64,000 nt of DNA from the NCBI GenBank assembly GCA_965153285.1, contig OZ229111.1; one strand, 5' to 3'. The position numbers and the translations under genes are program-made. This DNA is from Podarcis tiliguerta (taxonomy: Eukaryota). The notes under the pieces were generated by a model. That model was not told the origin of the DNA, did not search any database, and was given only the letters and a program-made list of their open reading frames with translations. How positions within the stretch are numbered: the stretch's first letter is position 1; every line of letters begins with the position of its first letter. Below, piece after piece: positions 35,201 to 48,160 of the stretch.

Positions 35201-38200
35201 GGCCCTTTATGGGCAAGTTCAATGATGCCAAAGTTTTTTTTTAAAGCCATAGAAGAAACATGCACAAGGGACAATATACTGCAATTGCATATAAGGAAAG
35301 TTTTGGGAAAGTCCAATGGTGAATAGAGCTAAACATATTTTTAGCATTACAGGATCCTAACAGACCTAGAAGGAGGTCATTTCCTTTAGATATGTTCATA
35401 CTTAAAAGTGAATTCATAGCTGGAAAGCCAGCCAATGGAACATCAACGCTTATATTCCCATTAGAGAAGGTAATGTGGCTTAGTGTACAATTTTGGACTT
35501 TGACTAGATTGTGATCAGCATGTTCTAAAGTCAGAAAGAAGAAACAGAAAGAAGTCAAAAACTTGTGAAAAACAGAGGAGAGCTCTATTGGTCCCTAATA
35601 CCTGTCACTCAAATGGAGGAGCCTACACTGGTTCCATCTTCTCAACCAGGAAAGATAACCTTAGTTCACCCATGGTAAAAAAAAAAAAAGGGGGGGGCAA
35701 CAAGTTATCTCACAAAACAACAAAGAGAGACTATAAAAGAATGGTCCATGTTCCAAGGCAATGCATAATTTTTAAGAACATTTTTAAAATGCTCATTTTC
35801 CATTTTAGTTAGAACGCTACTTACCGTACTCTTATCATATATGCTAAGTACGGTGGAGCACTCATGGGTTCTGCTATGGGTCAGCAGAGCTCATGGCTGA
35901 GACAGACATTATCCTCCCATTTAATATAAGCAGGGTACTGACAATACTATTCAAACTGACAGCACTTGCAAGTTTCTGCACCAGCCAAAACTCACGCGAT
36001 TGAGCAAAAAAATACCTATTTAATTTTGAACATCAAACATTAGAACAGAACATTAAGGAAAAGTTTGAAGCTCTTTGGAATTAGTCATCCAGTTGTCATA
36101 ATTAATGAGTTGTGAGCATCAAGTAGGTGTGATGCCAGTTTGAGACCTGCCACATCTTGCAACAGTATCTGCATTCATGTATCAAGAAAAGTTATGAAGA
36201 CATTCAAGTCACTGTGTAAAAAACACAGGGAGATCCAGGAAAGCATAGCTTTGACAAGTGAGCATCTCTTACATCCTGTTTCAGCAGACATATACTTAAA
36301 AACCAATGAGAGTCTGACCATTCTTATGAGATACAAGAAATTCCTATGAGATGAACTCAGCAGCCTTTCACCAAACCTAACTTACATATGGATACAATGA
36401 CTGGGTAAGAAGATAGGTGCTGTGCAGGTTCCCTCTACATGACTTACAGGAACTAATGTCTATTTTTACAGACTTTTGACTTCACACTGTTCATTCTTAT
36501 TTAATTTAAAGCACATAATCTCATCATATTCTGAACTATTCTGCCACCTCCCACCTCTAGGAAGATCTCAACCTATTTTCTTTTCTTGTCAAAGGGAGGC
36601 TGACATGTCTATAGTTACTGGTATTCTTCCAAAACACTTTCTTAACATTCTGTATAGACGGATCACTTCACATCTTTCCAGGAGGATTCTTCATATTTAA
36701 TCAATATCTTGAAATTTAAGCCAGGATAGCTTTATAGGAAAAATGTATTAAGCTGCTATATGCACAGTTCTGAAATAAAACATGCATTATGGCCAAGAAG
36801 AAATAGAATACAGTATGTCCCTGCTACCCAATTCAAGAAAAGTTGCTTCACATTTGCAAAGGATGGGTCCATCCATATGCAGAGTGGGTGGTCATGCTTT
36901 CTGCTAGTTAAGAAGGAGTATGTCTGAAGACATCTGATAAGCATGCAACTAGGAGCCTAAAGCCTTGTCCACACTTCCACTTGTCCCATGCCTAGCTCAG
37001 AAAATGATTTGTGCTTTGGCAAAACCATGCTTAATCATGTTAACAGGCTATCAAGCAGTTTCACTAGAGGTACAAGTAAGGAATAATAATAACTAAAAAA
37101 ATCAACCACTAAGGGTACAAAGAAGAAACAAAGAATCAACCCCAACTCTTAAACAGAAGTAGGTTTTCATTTTGGGAGTGGTTTCCCCCACTGCAATATG
37201 CAGTTAAAAGGAGATGTGCAAGTCAGTTGCAATTCTACTTTCTGTCTCACGTTTTAACACTCAAAAACAAAATCCATTTATCTCTGTGAAGAAAATGTTT
37301 GCTTCATTGCGGGAGGGGTGCTCAGGGGTAGGGCACCAATTTTTTTAACCCTAGGAGAGCTGCTGCTAGCTGGAGTAGATAGGGCTTAATATGCCAATGC
37401 AGAGCTTCGCGTGTTCATTCTGAAGTGGTACAGTACAAGAGGACTACCATACAACATGGCTCTTACTTCTTTTTCTATATAATAGGAACAGTGTGCTCTT
37501 GCCCAGGTCCCCTGGAAATTGAGCCAGTTTTCTCCAGCCAAAGGACAATTTCTTCTGGGGTTGTTTGTATTCTGGTGTGGATGGGGAAGTACAAAAACAG
37601 ATGCAATGTTTGTCAAATATGAGGAGTGGTTGCATAGCTTCCCTTTAAAATAAACACAAATTGGCTCTATTGGGGGGAATGAAAACAATGGCCATTGCCC
37701 TCCGCCAATATCCCATTGGACACCACATCAAATCACTGTGCTAACCTCAAAATACCTATATGAATGAATTAATCAAGTCTGATGACTATATGGGCATAAT
37801 AAATAAGTAAACAGATGACCAGCAGCACAATAAAGCATGAGCACTTGTGTTTATTTACCGCAGTTTGCTATAATGTATCTGTAGTTTTACTTTAACAGGT
37901 GGTTCAAAGGATACTGAATTGGAAAGTCTACAAAGAACAAGCAAGTAATTGTGCTAATAAGAGCCTGACTAATAAAGATTACATTACTAAATAACTGCTT
38001 TCTACCACTAAAGAATAGAAGGCTGTCAACCGATAAGGAAATAGCAGCTGTTTCTCAGAGACATACCAGTATCATCATGCATTTTGTACATTTAGTCAAG
38101 ATGCAAGACACTTCTAAGTAATTAATTAAACCTCACGGTTTAAAAAAGATTTTTGTAAAACTAAACACTGATGGTAGTAATCATCAGATATTTGCTTAAT

Positions 38201-38445
38201 ATACACTAAAGGATGTCAGTTAATATTCTGCACTGTGCTATAACTTCATTTGAAAGAGAAAAAAATGGTTGGTGTCTTTCCTCAAGGTTGAAATCATTTT
38301 GAAACATGTGCCATTGCTTATCAGCCTCCAAAAGGACAAGGGGACATATTTTAATGCAGAGATTGCACAACTGAGCCAAATTTGCAGGAGTTCTTGCTCC
38401 ACACACTGGTACCAATCCATAATTTCCATTTTAAAATTCTGTGGA

Positions 38446-38461
38446 TGTGCGCACGCATGTG

Positions 38462-38493
<32 letters not shown>
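38446..38493. repeat. (CA)n microsatellite with GC/AT alternating lead-in
   Basis: Seen directly. Confidence 0.9.
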
Positions 38494-38495
<2 letters not shown>

Positions 38496-41400
38496 AGCTT
38501 GAATCATACTTCAGATAACAGAAAGGCTCTCTTTAAAAGAGAAAAAACCTGAAAGCACTATTAAAGACTGCATACTCCTGAGGTTTGCCGCATACAGAGC
38601 ATGCATTGTGATACTCTTGAACATATTAGAAATAAGAGTCACAAATAATTATGGCACATCTCTGCTTTCAAGAAGCTTTGGTGCAAACACAACTTTAGAA
38701 CTTCAGCAATTTTTCCTGCAGCAGGCAGTGAAATCTTGTTCTGGATTCAGGCAGAGTGCTTGCACTTCCAAAACTAAACCTGTCATCATCTGTGTTCCAC
38801 AAGCACAGCAATACTTAAAATGGGAGATCCCTTCCAGTGCTCATTTGATGGGAGGGTTGGGTGGCCCTTAATGAAATCCACAGGCTCCACTTTTAGCCAA
38901 ATAGACAAATAACGCCTCCAAAAGTTTTTGAAAATAGTCACTCTTAAGATGTCACATATGGTAAGGATTCTGGACCCCTGTAATTCAAGCAGTGGCACTA
39001 GGTTCTGCAGTTGTATAAAAATTCAGTGGTGCAAAAAGAACATAAAATTATGACATCTACTTTTTGTGTAACCTCTTGCACCATATGGCGTCCCTATGCT
39101 TGTACGATTTCATTCTACTCTTACTAGGTAGAACATGCATACACACAGAGTAAGGGTCACGATGTGTCACAGTTTGCACCCATATCACCTGATAGTTACT
39201 GCTGAATGTTTCTATATTGTGTTTCCCAGGGTGAGGCAATCTAATCCATAAATTGCCAACATGAATGCCAAACACTGTAGAATCAAAAGCCTGTCTGGGT
39301 GTGACAAACTTGCTTGTAGCAAAGGCTGTGGTGTGTCTTTTAAAGTGAGAGTTCTTTGAAGATTAAGGCTTCAGTAACCATGTTTGCTGATGATGTAAGC
39401 AATTTAATTGAAGCATTGTTTAAAGAATAAGCATATGTTAACTCATCATATTTTATGCACTGCTCCTGTACATATAAACACACCTGAATTTAAAAACAAG
39501 TCTTGGGTTTCTGAAACATATCTAAAAACTATTATTTAAATAATCCTTATCACCTAAGAGGTATCCTAGATAAGTGGTTCTTCCTCACTCATGTCTACCA
39601 CTCTGAAAAATGCAGGCAAAGGAGAGGAGCAAAAGGAATATAAATATTTCGTTTTACAGAGCAGAAAGACTGCTTCAGCCCCTCTCGCCATGGTTGGTAC
39701 ATTGTCTTTACCATTATGTTCTACCTTCCTTCTACAGCTCTTTCAATGACATGATTTTAAATAGAGGTTCTTAAATGCACTGAAGTTTTGGCTATATTAA
39801 AGAAGAGGGAGGGGAAATATTGCAAAAGCCTTTATTGCTTAAGCAAAAACCGTCTAACTCTTGCTGAACAACTTTTGAGTTTTATGAGTTGGAGTGACTT
39901 GTACACGTTCTCCCAGACTGGTTCTAGGTAAATCTTGCACATGTATAGCCAGTTGTGGTTTCTTTTTTTGTTTTTTAATGCACTGAATCCAATTTGGGCC
40001 TGTTTGGGAAGTGCAGAAAACAAATGCTGTCCCCTGTTGTCCTTCTAGCTCCTTGCTGTCCATCAGAGTAACTGGTTTATTTACATGAATATGAGAATCA
40101 TTCCAAAACTTCCTTATAAAGGCCACTTGAAAACCCTGGTGCCAGGAAGTGATTCAAGGATAGGAAAATTAAGAACAAATGAGATAAAAATTCTAAATCT
40201 GTTTTCACAACTCTTGATTCAAATTATGAGATTTTATCATATAGCCACAGCAGGAGAAAACCATCAACACTTTGCTAGCTATTGAGAAACCACTTGTGTG
40301 AAAGCAGCCCTACAGATTTTAGTGGAGTTACCCAGGGAAAAGATCAGAATCTGAACTTTTGTTTGAAATGTCTTAACAGCAAGAAGTCTGTGAGTATGTT
40401 TAACAGATGTATTTTCAGTTAATAGATTCAAGATATTTCATAATCTGCTCTAATGTAAGCTAAGCATATAGAATTGCATTCTTTTCATCATCAATAATAT
40501 ATCTTCCTATCTCAACCTTAACTTTCTTTATTGCTAAACAGGAAAGGTGTCCCACTTTTATGAAGAAGTACACAGAAGAAAATCTTTGTAAACATGAGGG
40601 CAGAGCATCAGCAAAAAGCAGTTGCTATGACCAAGTCTATTATACTGCTGACTTCAAACAGTGACACAATGGAAAATAAGACAATGAGATCTTTAAAAGA
40701 CAATAAGACACCAGGAGTGCAATCTTATACTCAGAAATAAGCTCCACTTAGTTCAGTGGAACATCCACAAAAATAACGCATCATTGCCAACTTTCTCCGC
40801 AGATGTCCAAATAGTTGCCTTATTGTACAAGATAAAGTTCTATTTAAAAATAACTTATTATTCTTCAATGAATAATAAGCTAACACTACACTCACAGGAT
40901 TTTAAAAAGTTTTTAAATCAATGTGAAAATTAAATTAATCTTTAGCTGAATCACTCAGCCTCCATTTTCTGCTAAATGGTATGATCTTGTGTGCCTTTCT
41001 TAAAAAAGGAAATATCGCAAAGAGATGGCATGTAGTATTATATTATTAAGAATATCCTGCTTTCTCACATAGTTTATCTAGCATTTTCAAATGTTCAAAG
41101 TGCTTTGCATACATTTTCTCAGTAAAAGTATATTGCATTGACAGCTGCATTGTATTTTGAAAATTACAAGCAGGTCATATTACAGAATCTAGTCAACATT
41201 ATTCTAGCCAGGACATTATTTCTACAACCATAATGATGTTTTTGCTTTTACAGCATGCTTACAAACAAATACGGAGCGATCACTTACCTTTCTGTCTATT
41301 ATCCACCACTGTGTTTTTGCAAGACCAAGCTCCAGCATTTGAAGCAGGCCTAACAACGTAAGTAATCTCCCATTGCCACAAGTAATCTCCCATTCTACCA

Positions 41401-44400
41401 GGCCAGAAATACTATGCACTGGCATGTCAAATGCATGCATACCCTTTATACTTTAAAAGACTACTGGCAAAAGGGAGAGTGAGCCACATGCACTCACTCC
41501 ATTGCTCCGTGCTGCATTTCTGGATTCAAACTGCACTGCAGGTTACACTGGCTCTGTGTGCAGCTTTCTTCTCCCTTTGTGTCTTTAGAGACCAGAACTA
41601 AGATAACAGTGAGCCACAAGCACAGCTCATATTGCTCTGTGTTGTATTTTTTGGTTGAGAAACCACAGAAGGACAATTCACACTATTTTACAGACCTTTA
41701 ACCACCACCATGTGGGCAGACAGACAAGCAGGAAAGCCAGCCCATCCACGTCCAGCTGCTACCCGCCCTCCCCCGCCCCCCGGCCTGCATATCTATTCAT
41801 TAGGGCAGAATTGGTACTGGCTACAGCTGAGAAATAACCTGCATATCTGCTTTAAAGTGTCTGAGCACATTTATTTGCAACCCGGGTCTATAGGTCTGCT
41901 TCAGTTGAAGCAGACCAAACGTTGCTTTACACTGCTGCAGACATAATGGCGTCCTACCCTAATAAGATGGCACTAGGGATATCCTCGATATCCAACCAGG
42001 GATATCCCCAAGAATCATAATTAGTTGCATACACTGTATGAGCTTTCACACTTCCAGGAATCCCTCCTAAGTTCAAAAATGCTGCATTGTGGAACTGGTT
42101 GTGTTCCGATCCCCTCCCCAGCAGCACAGTACGGGAACTCTCATACAGCAATGCAGCATCCCATCCAGGAAAACAGTGATGCAGCAGTGCCAACAGCTGT
42201 TACTAGGGGCAGGACTGGATTATGTCACCGGACATACATTTTGGCATCACATTAATATCAACAGTCAAGCACTTGGTCCTTATGTACTGCTATACTGTTC
42301 AAGGTGGGTAGAATTTGATTTGTTCTCAAGTGCCCTTAAAGCATCAAATCCTTATTCCTAATTTGTGACAGAAGAATTTAGGCCTATGTGCTTATAATTA
42401 AGAGACCCGACTCTAACACTCTGACCACTGGACTATTATCCAGAGTGCATGCTAACAGCCAGTTACCATCCTTCTGTTTACAGTACCCTAGATTATACAT
42501 AATGTCATGATGAACTGCAGCATAGGTGAATATATATAATTAAACTACGCTCCTGTAAAATATCTACATAAACATTAAAGCCAACATCCTTCAGAAAGAA
42601 AGCCAGCTCTGTACTTCTAACAGAGGATCTTTCGCTATAAGAGAAAATCCCTCAAGGATATGGATTCTGTATTTCAAAAGGCATTCAGATGAGACTAAAA
42701 AGAGATTCTGCACTTATTATATTTATATAAACACTGCAAAACCCCTCTTTATAGAAGAGCCGACTTATATTAGGAAGCGACTTGTGTATGGATATGTTAA
42801 AATAGCAAGAGGTCACCCAGTGAATGGGTTAGTCACGATCAAGTAACACTGCCATCTATTTAAGCCATTTTGTTATAGCTGCCAAGATAGTTTGTGTGTA
42901 GTGATACTAAACATGGGCCCAAGAAGATTCTGGCAATTATAGGTCCAGAGACAGCCCTGATTTGATGTATTTAGGGCCTTTGCAAGCACACTTCATATTG
43001 CACATTTTGTTTTGAATTGCATATACCTTGCATGCTTACTTGAACAATGTGGGCCAACTCATTTATTTTTTAGTTATTTGTGCAAAGAAAAAAAGCATTA
43101 TGGATTTTATACTAGAGAAGGCAAATGTCCAAGATTATTTTAAAATTCATAAGAGGATTTGCTTGAGTGCTAGGTTCTTCTTTTGAAGTCCTGCTCTTGT
43201 CTTGCTCATCACAGAATTCAAGCAGTGACAAACTGGAAACCATTTCATTAAAATACCTTTCTTTTGCTAGGCACAAGAAAACATCAGATTTGGTCTTGCC
43301 ATGGCCTTCTGCTTACTGCTTAAGTAAACAGATAACAACTTACTGCCACAAATTATTTTTGACCACAATACAATATAAGAAAAGCATGTGTCAAGATACA
43401 GACCATAGCCCCAAGAGTAGCAACCCAAAAATGGTGTGCCAGTACACCAACAGAAAATTTCCATCTCTGACATTCATAGATTTGAGGCCTTAACTACAGG
43501 AGTAAGGACACCGTCTTATTCTGTCACAGTGTAGCTACGTTGTCACAGTACAGAATGAATTAAACAGGAAGTCAGAGCTTGCTGCAGTGACAGTGCTAGT
43601 GCTAATGGTTTCCAAGGTTAAATTTGGTCTTCTACACGAGCCTTTTATACACTTCCAGTCTGAAAAATTATTTCAAGACTTCTGGCTATACAGCATGAAC
43701 TAAAAAGTCTCATTAATGATAGTACTTTTACCAGAGAACTGCATGCAAGATAATACAAGAACTTCCACTTCTCTGTGCAGTATAACTAGATTATAAAATA
43801 TATTTAGATCTTTAAGACTGTATTTAAGTCAAGTATAGGTTTCTTCTGATCTACCGGTTTTCCTATCCCAAATTACAACAAAACTAGGTCACACCATGTT
43901 TTTTGCTTATACCATGCCTAGAAATGCAACAAAAATTTTGCAATTTTTGCTTTTTCACATACTACCCATGAATCCTTAGGTTTCAAAATCCTCTTTATAA
44001 AAAAAATTAAACCCACCAAGCTTAATCACAAATTCCAAAATAAAAAAATAAAATTGCCATTGTCCAGATTTTCACTGATTACATGGCTGGCTGTTTTTAA
44101 TAGTAATTAACCTTCAGAAACTGGAGACAAATTCCCAATACATTTTAAGCACACAGCCTCTTTCCTGATAACATATGGCCTCATTTGAACAGCATAGGCC
44201 AATGTCTGAAGCGAGTCTATATCTATTTTTAGTAATGACTTATAATCTACCAAAATCTATTGCCCTTGCTGGAGGAGATCAGCTCAACATTTTGTAAGAA
44301 AACTGTAAATCCCAGTGGACTATTTTTTTTTTTTTAACAGATGCATTCCTATTGAACGGAGAAATTTCACAAAGCCATAGGCATATTTTCCAATAGTCCA

Positions 44401-44839
44401 GTTTTAGGCTCCAGTACTTGTGTACTGAAAACATAATGCTATTGCCATATGGTAAAAAAAAAGGGGGGGGATTCCATTTCAGCTGCTCGGTTTTTTTAGG
44501 ACTTATCCACCCCACAAAAGAATTATTTCAATAATCACTCTTGCAACTGTTTTATTGATCAGGTGCATTAACTTGACAGCAAACTACCTATATAACAGAT
44601 GCACTCTTAGGCTATAGTTACTTCTCTGACAAACACTATACGGAACATTCATGATTCAGAGATGAGCAATCATGAAGCCTGAAATGTCAAAGGATAAACT
44701 ATATACAAGAGGTGTATTTTTAAATTAAGTCCTCAGCTCTAATAATAGAAACCATGCAAAAACAACAGAGTCTTGCTATTTCTGCAACCATTTAACACAT
44801 TTATGAATATTCTATTTAGTATTAGTAGAATAATCTCAC

Positions 44840-45964
44840 CTGAAAAGGAAAGATATTGTCAGCTCTGTTCAAACTGTCTTCCATCCAAGATTTTGGAGCA
44901 AAAGCGGAGCTGGGCCGTGCATACTTCTGCAACTGGATATGATTACTTGGGAAATTCTTCTTCAGGGGTGAGATGGAGTTCAGGGGTGTGATTCCTCCAT
45001 TCAGTCCCCTGCGGTGGTCTCGGCCTTGGGACCCTCCCCACCCACCATATCCACCACCGCCACCGGGACTCCATGAAGAAGACGGTGTAGGTGATGGGCT
45101 TTGGTAGCTGCTCCATGGAGAAGGTGGTTTGTTAAGATTATTAGCAAGATGAGGCAGTTGATTAAAAGCAGCATTTCTATGCGTAAATGGAGGTGGATGA
45201 GGGCTTGCAGGAGACCTTCTCTGTTGTTGATGCTGATTGTGATGATGCTGAAAATGGGGGTGATGAGGGTGGTGCTGAGAGAGGGGTCCAATCTGAGGGG
45301 AAAAACTACCCCCAAAGCCAGGACTGACATGATGTGGAAAATTCTGAAACAGCAGAGCACCATTATTAGCTGAAGCAGGAGGAACCCCTCCCTGATGGAA
45401 GAAACTCGCATCTTCATTGATTATTGTTGAAGAAGAAGGAGCTATAGCTGCTGACCAGTTACTGAAACCAGTCAGAGAAGATGCTGTAGATGTCAAGGGC
45501 TGGCTTGAAGTACCCAGCCCTGTAGCCTCTTGATAATCAAATCCTGTTAACACTGGCGATTCTATTCTTATTTTCTCCTTCCCATTGCCGTTCTCGGAAG
45601 AATTATCCCCCTGGTTTTCTTCAGATTTAGATTTCTCTGATTCAGGCAGCATGCCTGCTTCCTGACTTTGACTAGGGGAAAGCTGCTGTTTTTCTAGGGA
45701 GTCTTGCTTTTCCTGTTGCTGAGTTTTAGATTTTTCAGACCCCAGAATCTCATCCTGAATGTTATGGGCAGCTGGAGCAGGAAAGAGCCAAGCTGACCCA
45801 GCACTACTGCCATTGGCAGCTGTGTTATTTATAAAAGCAGCGGGGCTGGGGGTTGCATTTTGATGGTGGTGCGGAGGCTGCAGATGTGGATGAAATCTGA
45901 CTGGAAAAGCTGACTTATTCCCGGTGTTGTTTTGCACTAACACGCCAAACCCGTAATCCCCCAT
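44840..45964 (-). CDS. CPEB4: CPEB4 first coding exon (1125 nt, MGDYGFGVLV...DNIFPFQ), N-terminal disordered region with His cluster
   Basis: The ORF 44822..45964 translation is recognisably the CPEB4 N-terminus. ATG at 45964 (AAATAAATGG). Donor CAG|GTGAGA at 44840/44839, phase 0. Confidence 0.98.
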
Positions 45965-48040
45965 TTATTTTATTTAGGATTTTAATTCCGCCTGGAAAGA
46001 AAAAACAAAACAAAACTTTAAAATGTTTTTGTTCTTCTACTAAAGCAAGATAATTGAAAATTACTACAGATCTTTCACCTCCCCCTTCTTTCCCACCTAC
46101 CCACTTGAGATATCTGATTTGGATATTATTCCTGGAATCTTATTAATGAGATCACTTAAAATATTGACATGGATAGACTTGTGTTCACTTCCTTCAAATA
46201 TCCAGAAGGAATAGAAAGTAAATCTTTGGTTAACAAAATAAGAGGTTTCCTTTTTTTCTAAAAGGAAATGCACAAGAATGAAGTGGGGATGAAAGAAAGC
46301 TCCTGGGAATTCTTTTTTAAAAAGATTTTTAAAAAACTTTTTTGCCTTAACAGCCGCTTCAACCTGCCCATGTACACGTTAATGGAAACAATACCATGAC
46401 ATCTGGTGCTCCTCACTCCTTCACAGCTCCAAAAATATATTTAAATCTGGAATAATTTAATAAATTCTATATAATCTAATATATATCTGTGTTCTATTCT
46501 AACAGTCTTTGCTGCTAAAAATCTGAAATTTTTACCTCAAGATTTCAATGGTGGAGCAAGTTGTACAGGAGAGCTTTCCCCACCCCCCCAACCTGTGCTG
46601 CTACTGCCTTTGCCTTGTAGGACTATATGTATAATATGCTCTATGCAGATGCCCTTCTGACAAGTCCTTTCCATATAAAGCAGGGGAGGGTGCGAGGATT
46701 TGTTCCTGTTTTAATCTCTAGATATCTGCATTCACTGCGTGTTGTGTGTATGTGTACGGACTGAGTTGTGCAGGAGGAGGGTGGATTCTTGTTGTTGCTG
46801 CCGCTGGTTGGGTGGGTTCCTGGTTGCTGCTTTTCCGAGCTCGCTTCCTATTATGATCCGATATTTGTGTGTCCTTCAGATGAATCCTGGCTGCCTGCAG
46901 AGGAAAATTTTCACCTCAGAAAAATCAGCAGTCAAGTGTTTGGAGGGGGGCGGGGGGAGGGGATGGGAATAAGTATATCTGGCGAGCAGAGTTTAGACAT
47001 TTTAAAGCCATCAGCAGAATAATTTATTGTGCGACAGCGGGGGGGGGGGGGAGATCGGGCTCAGATCCTTGGACTGAGAATATTTAGAAAGCGGGGGGTG
47101 GGGTGGGGAGGGTTGGAGAGAAGAGAGACGAACCTCTTTCGAAGGTGGGGGAAGGTGAGGAGGGAAATATAGGGCTGATGCCGCCCTTGCTCCCTCGGAA
47201 GGGGGGGGGGGAGAATGAAACGGAGCAGGGATTTCACCCCCACCCCCGCAGAAGGACTTTTACCTCAGGAGGGGCGCAGTCTCCGGCGGGGAGGGGATGG
47301 CGCTGGCGGGGGGCCGGGCTCCTCTCTCCCCCATGGGAGCCGGTTTCTCAAGGGAGGGAGGGTCACGAGGATCGCTGGGTGGCGAAAGAGCAGGGAGGGG
47401 CGATATCAAGCCTGGCTCCGGAGGTTGGAGGAGGAGGAGGCGGCGAGGGAGGCGGCGGTGGCGGTGGCGGCTCCCAGGGGTCCTGCCTTTCCTCCCGCTG
47501 CTGATGCTCCGGGGCTGCGGCGGCTGCTGCTGAGGCTGCGGCTGCTTCTCCTCCGCCTCGGCTCCTCCCGGCGTCGTTCTTTTCCCCTCATGTAACACAA
47601 CTGTTTCTCGGGCGGGAGGACCGGGGGGGGGCTCCTGTTTAGTCACGAGGCGCTGGGCTACTCTGTCGATCCGCCGGTTCGCCACTCCGGCCCGGCCGCC
47701 TCAGCCGCCGCCGCCGCCGTCGTCGTCGTCTCCACAGGACCGAGCCTCCGATCGAAATGACAACCAGCTGGAGACAGGCAGCGCGGCACTTCCGGTTCAG
47801 AGAAGCCACGCCTCTTCCCCCCCCCCGTCTCTCCTTCTCTCTCCCTTCTCTGGCAGCGGCCACGCCCCTCCCTCTCCTCCTCAGCCGCTAGGCCGCCTCT
47901 CCCTAAGCCAAAAGAGGGACTGCGGGAGTCGGCAGCCCTTTTGGATGAGGGCAGAAATTGTTCGGCGCGGTGGCCATCTTTGTTTTGGGCAGTTTTCTTT
48001 TCCTCAGAGCGAACCAAGGCGGACATGTTGGTTTAGGTCG
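45965..48040 (-). other. CPEB4: Putative long CPEB4 5' leader with 12 upstream ATGs
   Basis: Lies between the main ATG and the core-promoter-like motif cluster. uATGs at 48026, 47977, 47591, 47334, 47011, 47000, 46731, 46674, 46402, 46397, 46371, 46170. The TSS is inferred, not observed. Confidence 0.65.
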
Positions 48041-48160
48041 GGGAAACTCCCGTGACAGGTGAAATTATAGTTGGCCTCGCTTAAACAGCCATTTTTGAAT
48101 ATGGCAGATGTTAAGGTTTTATCATTGGTTAAAGGGCTCACTGAAGATTGGCTTGTTTTA
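47040..48160 (-). promoter_or_regulatory. CpG island / CPEB4 promoter
   Basis: Dense CpG and GC content. ETS motif CCGGAAGTG 47787-47795, KLF/SP GCCACGCCC 47859-47867, NF-kB-like GGGAAACTCC 48041-48050, TATAAT (minus) 48064-48069, YY1-like GCCATTTT 48088-48095, CCAAT (minus) 48124-48128 and 48147-48151. Confidence 0.8.

Noticed and set aside
12138-44839. CPEB3-type HDV-like or hammerhead ribozyme in the introns
   Set aside because: The HDV-like ribozyme is known from mammalian CPEB3, not CPEB4. I saw no matching fold, and CTGATGA hits lack the GAAA and stem partners. An Infernal scan would be decisive.
45001-45417. Alternative-frame and antisense ORFs within CPEB4 exon 1
   Set aside because: Likely shadows of the real CDS, with no independent evidence.
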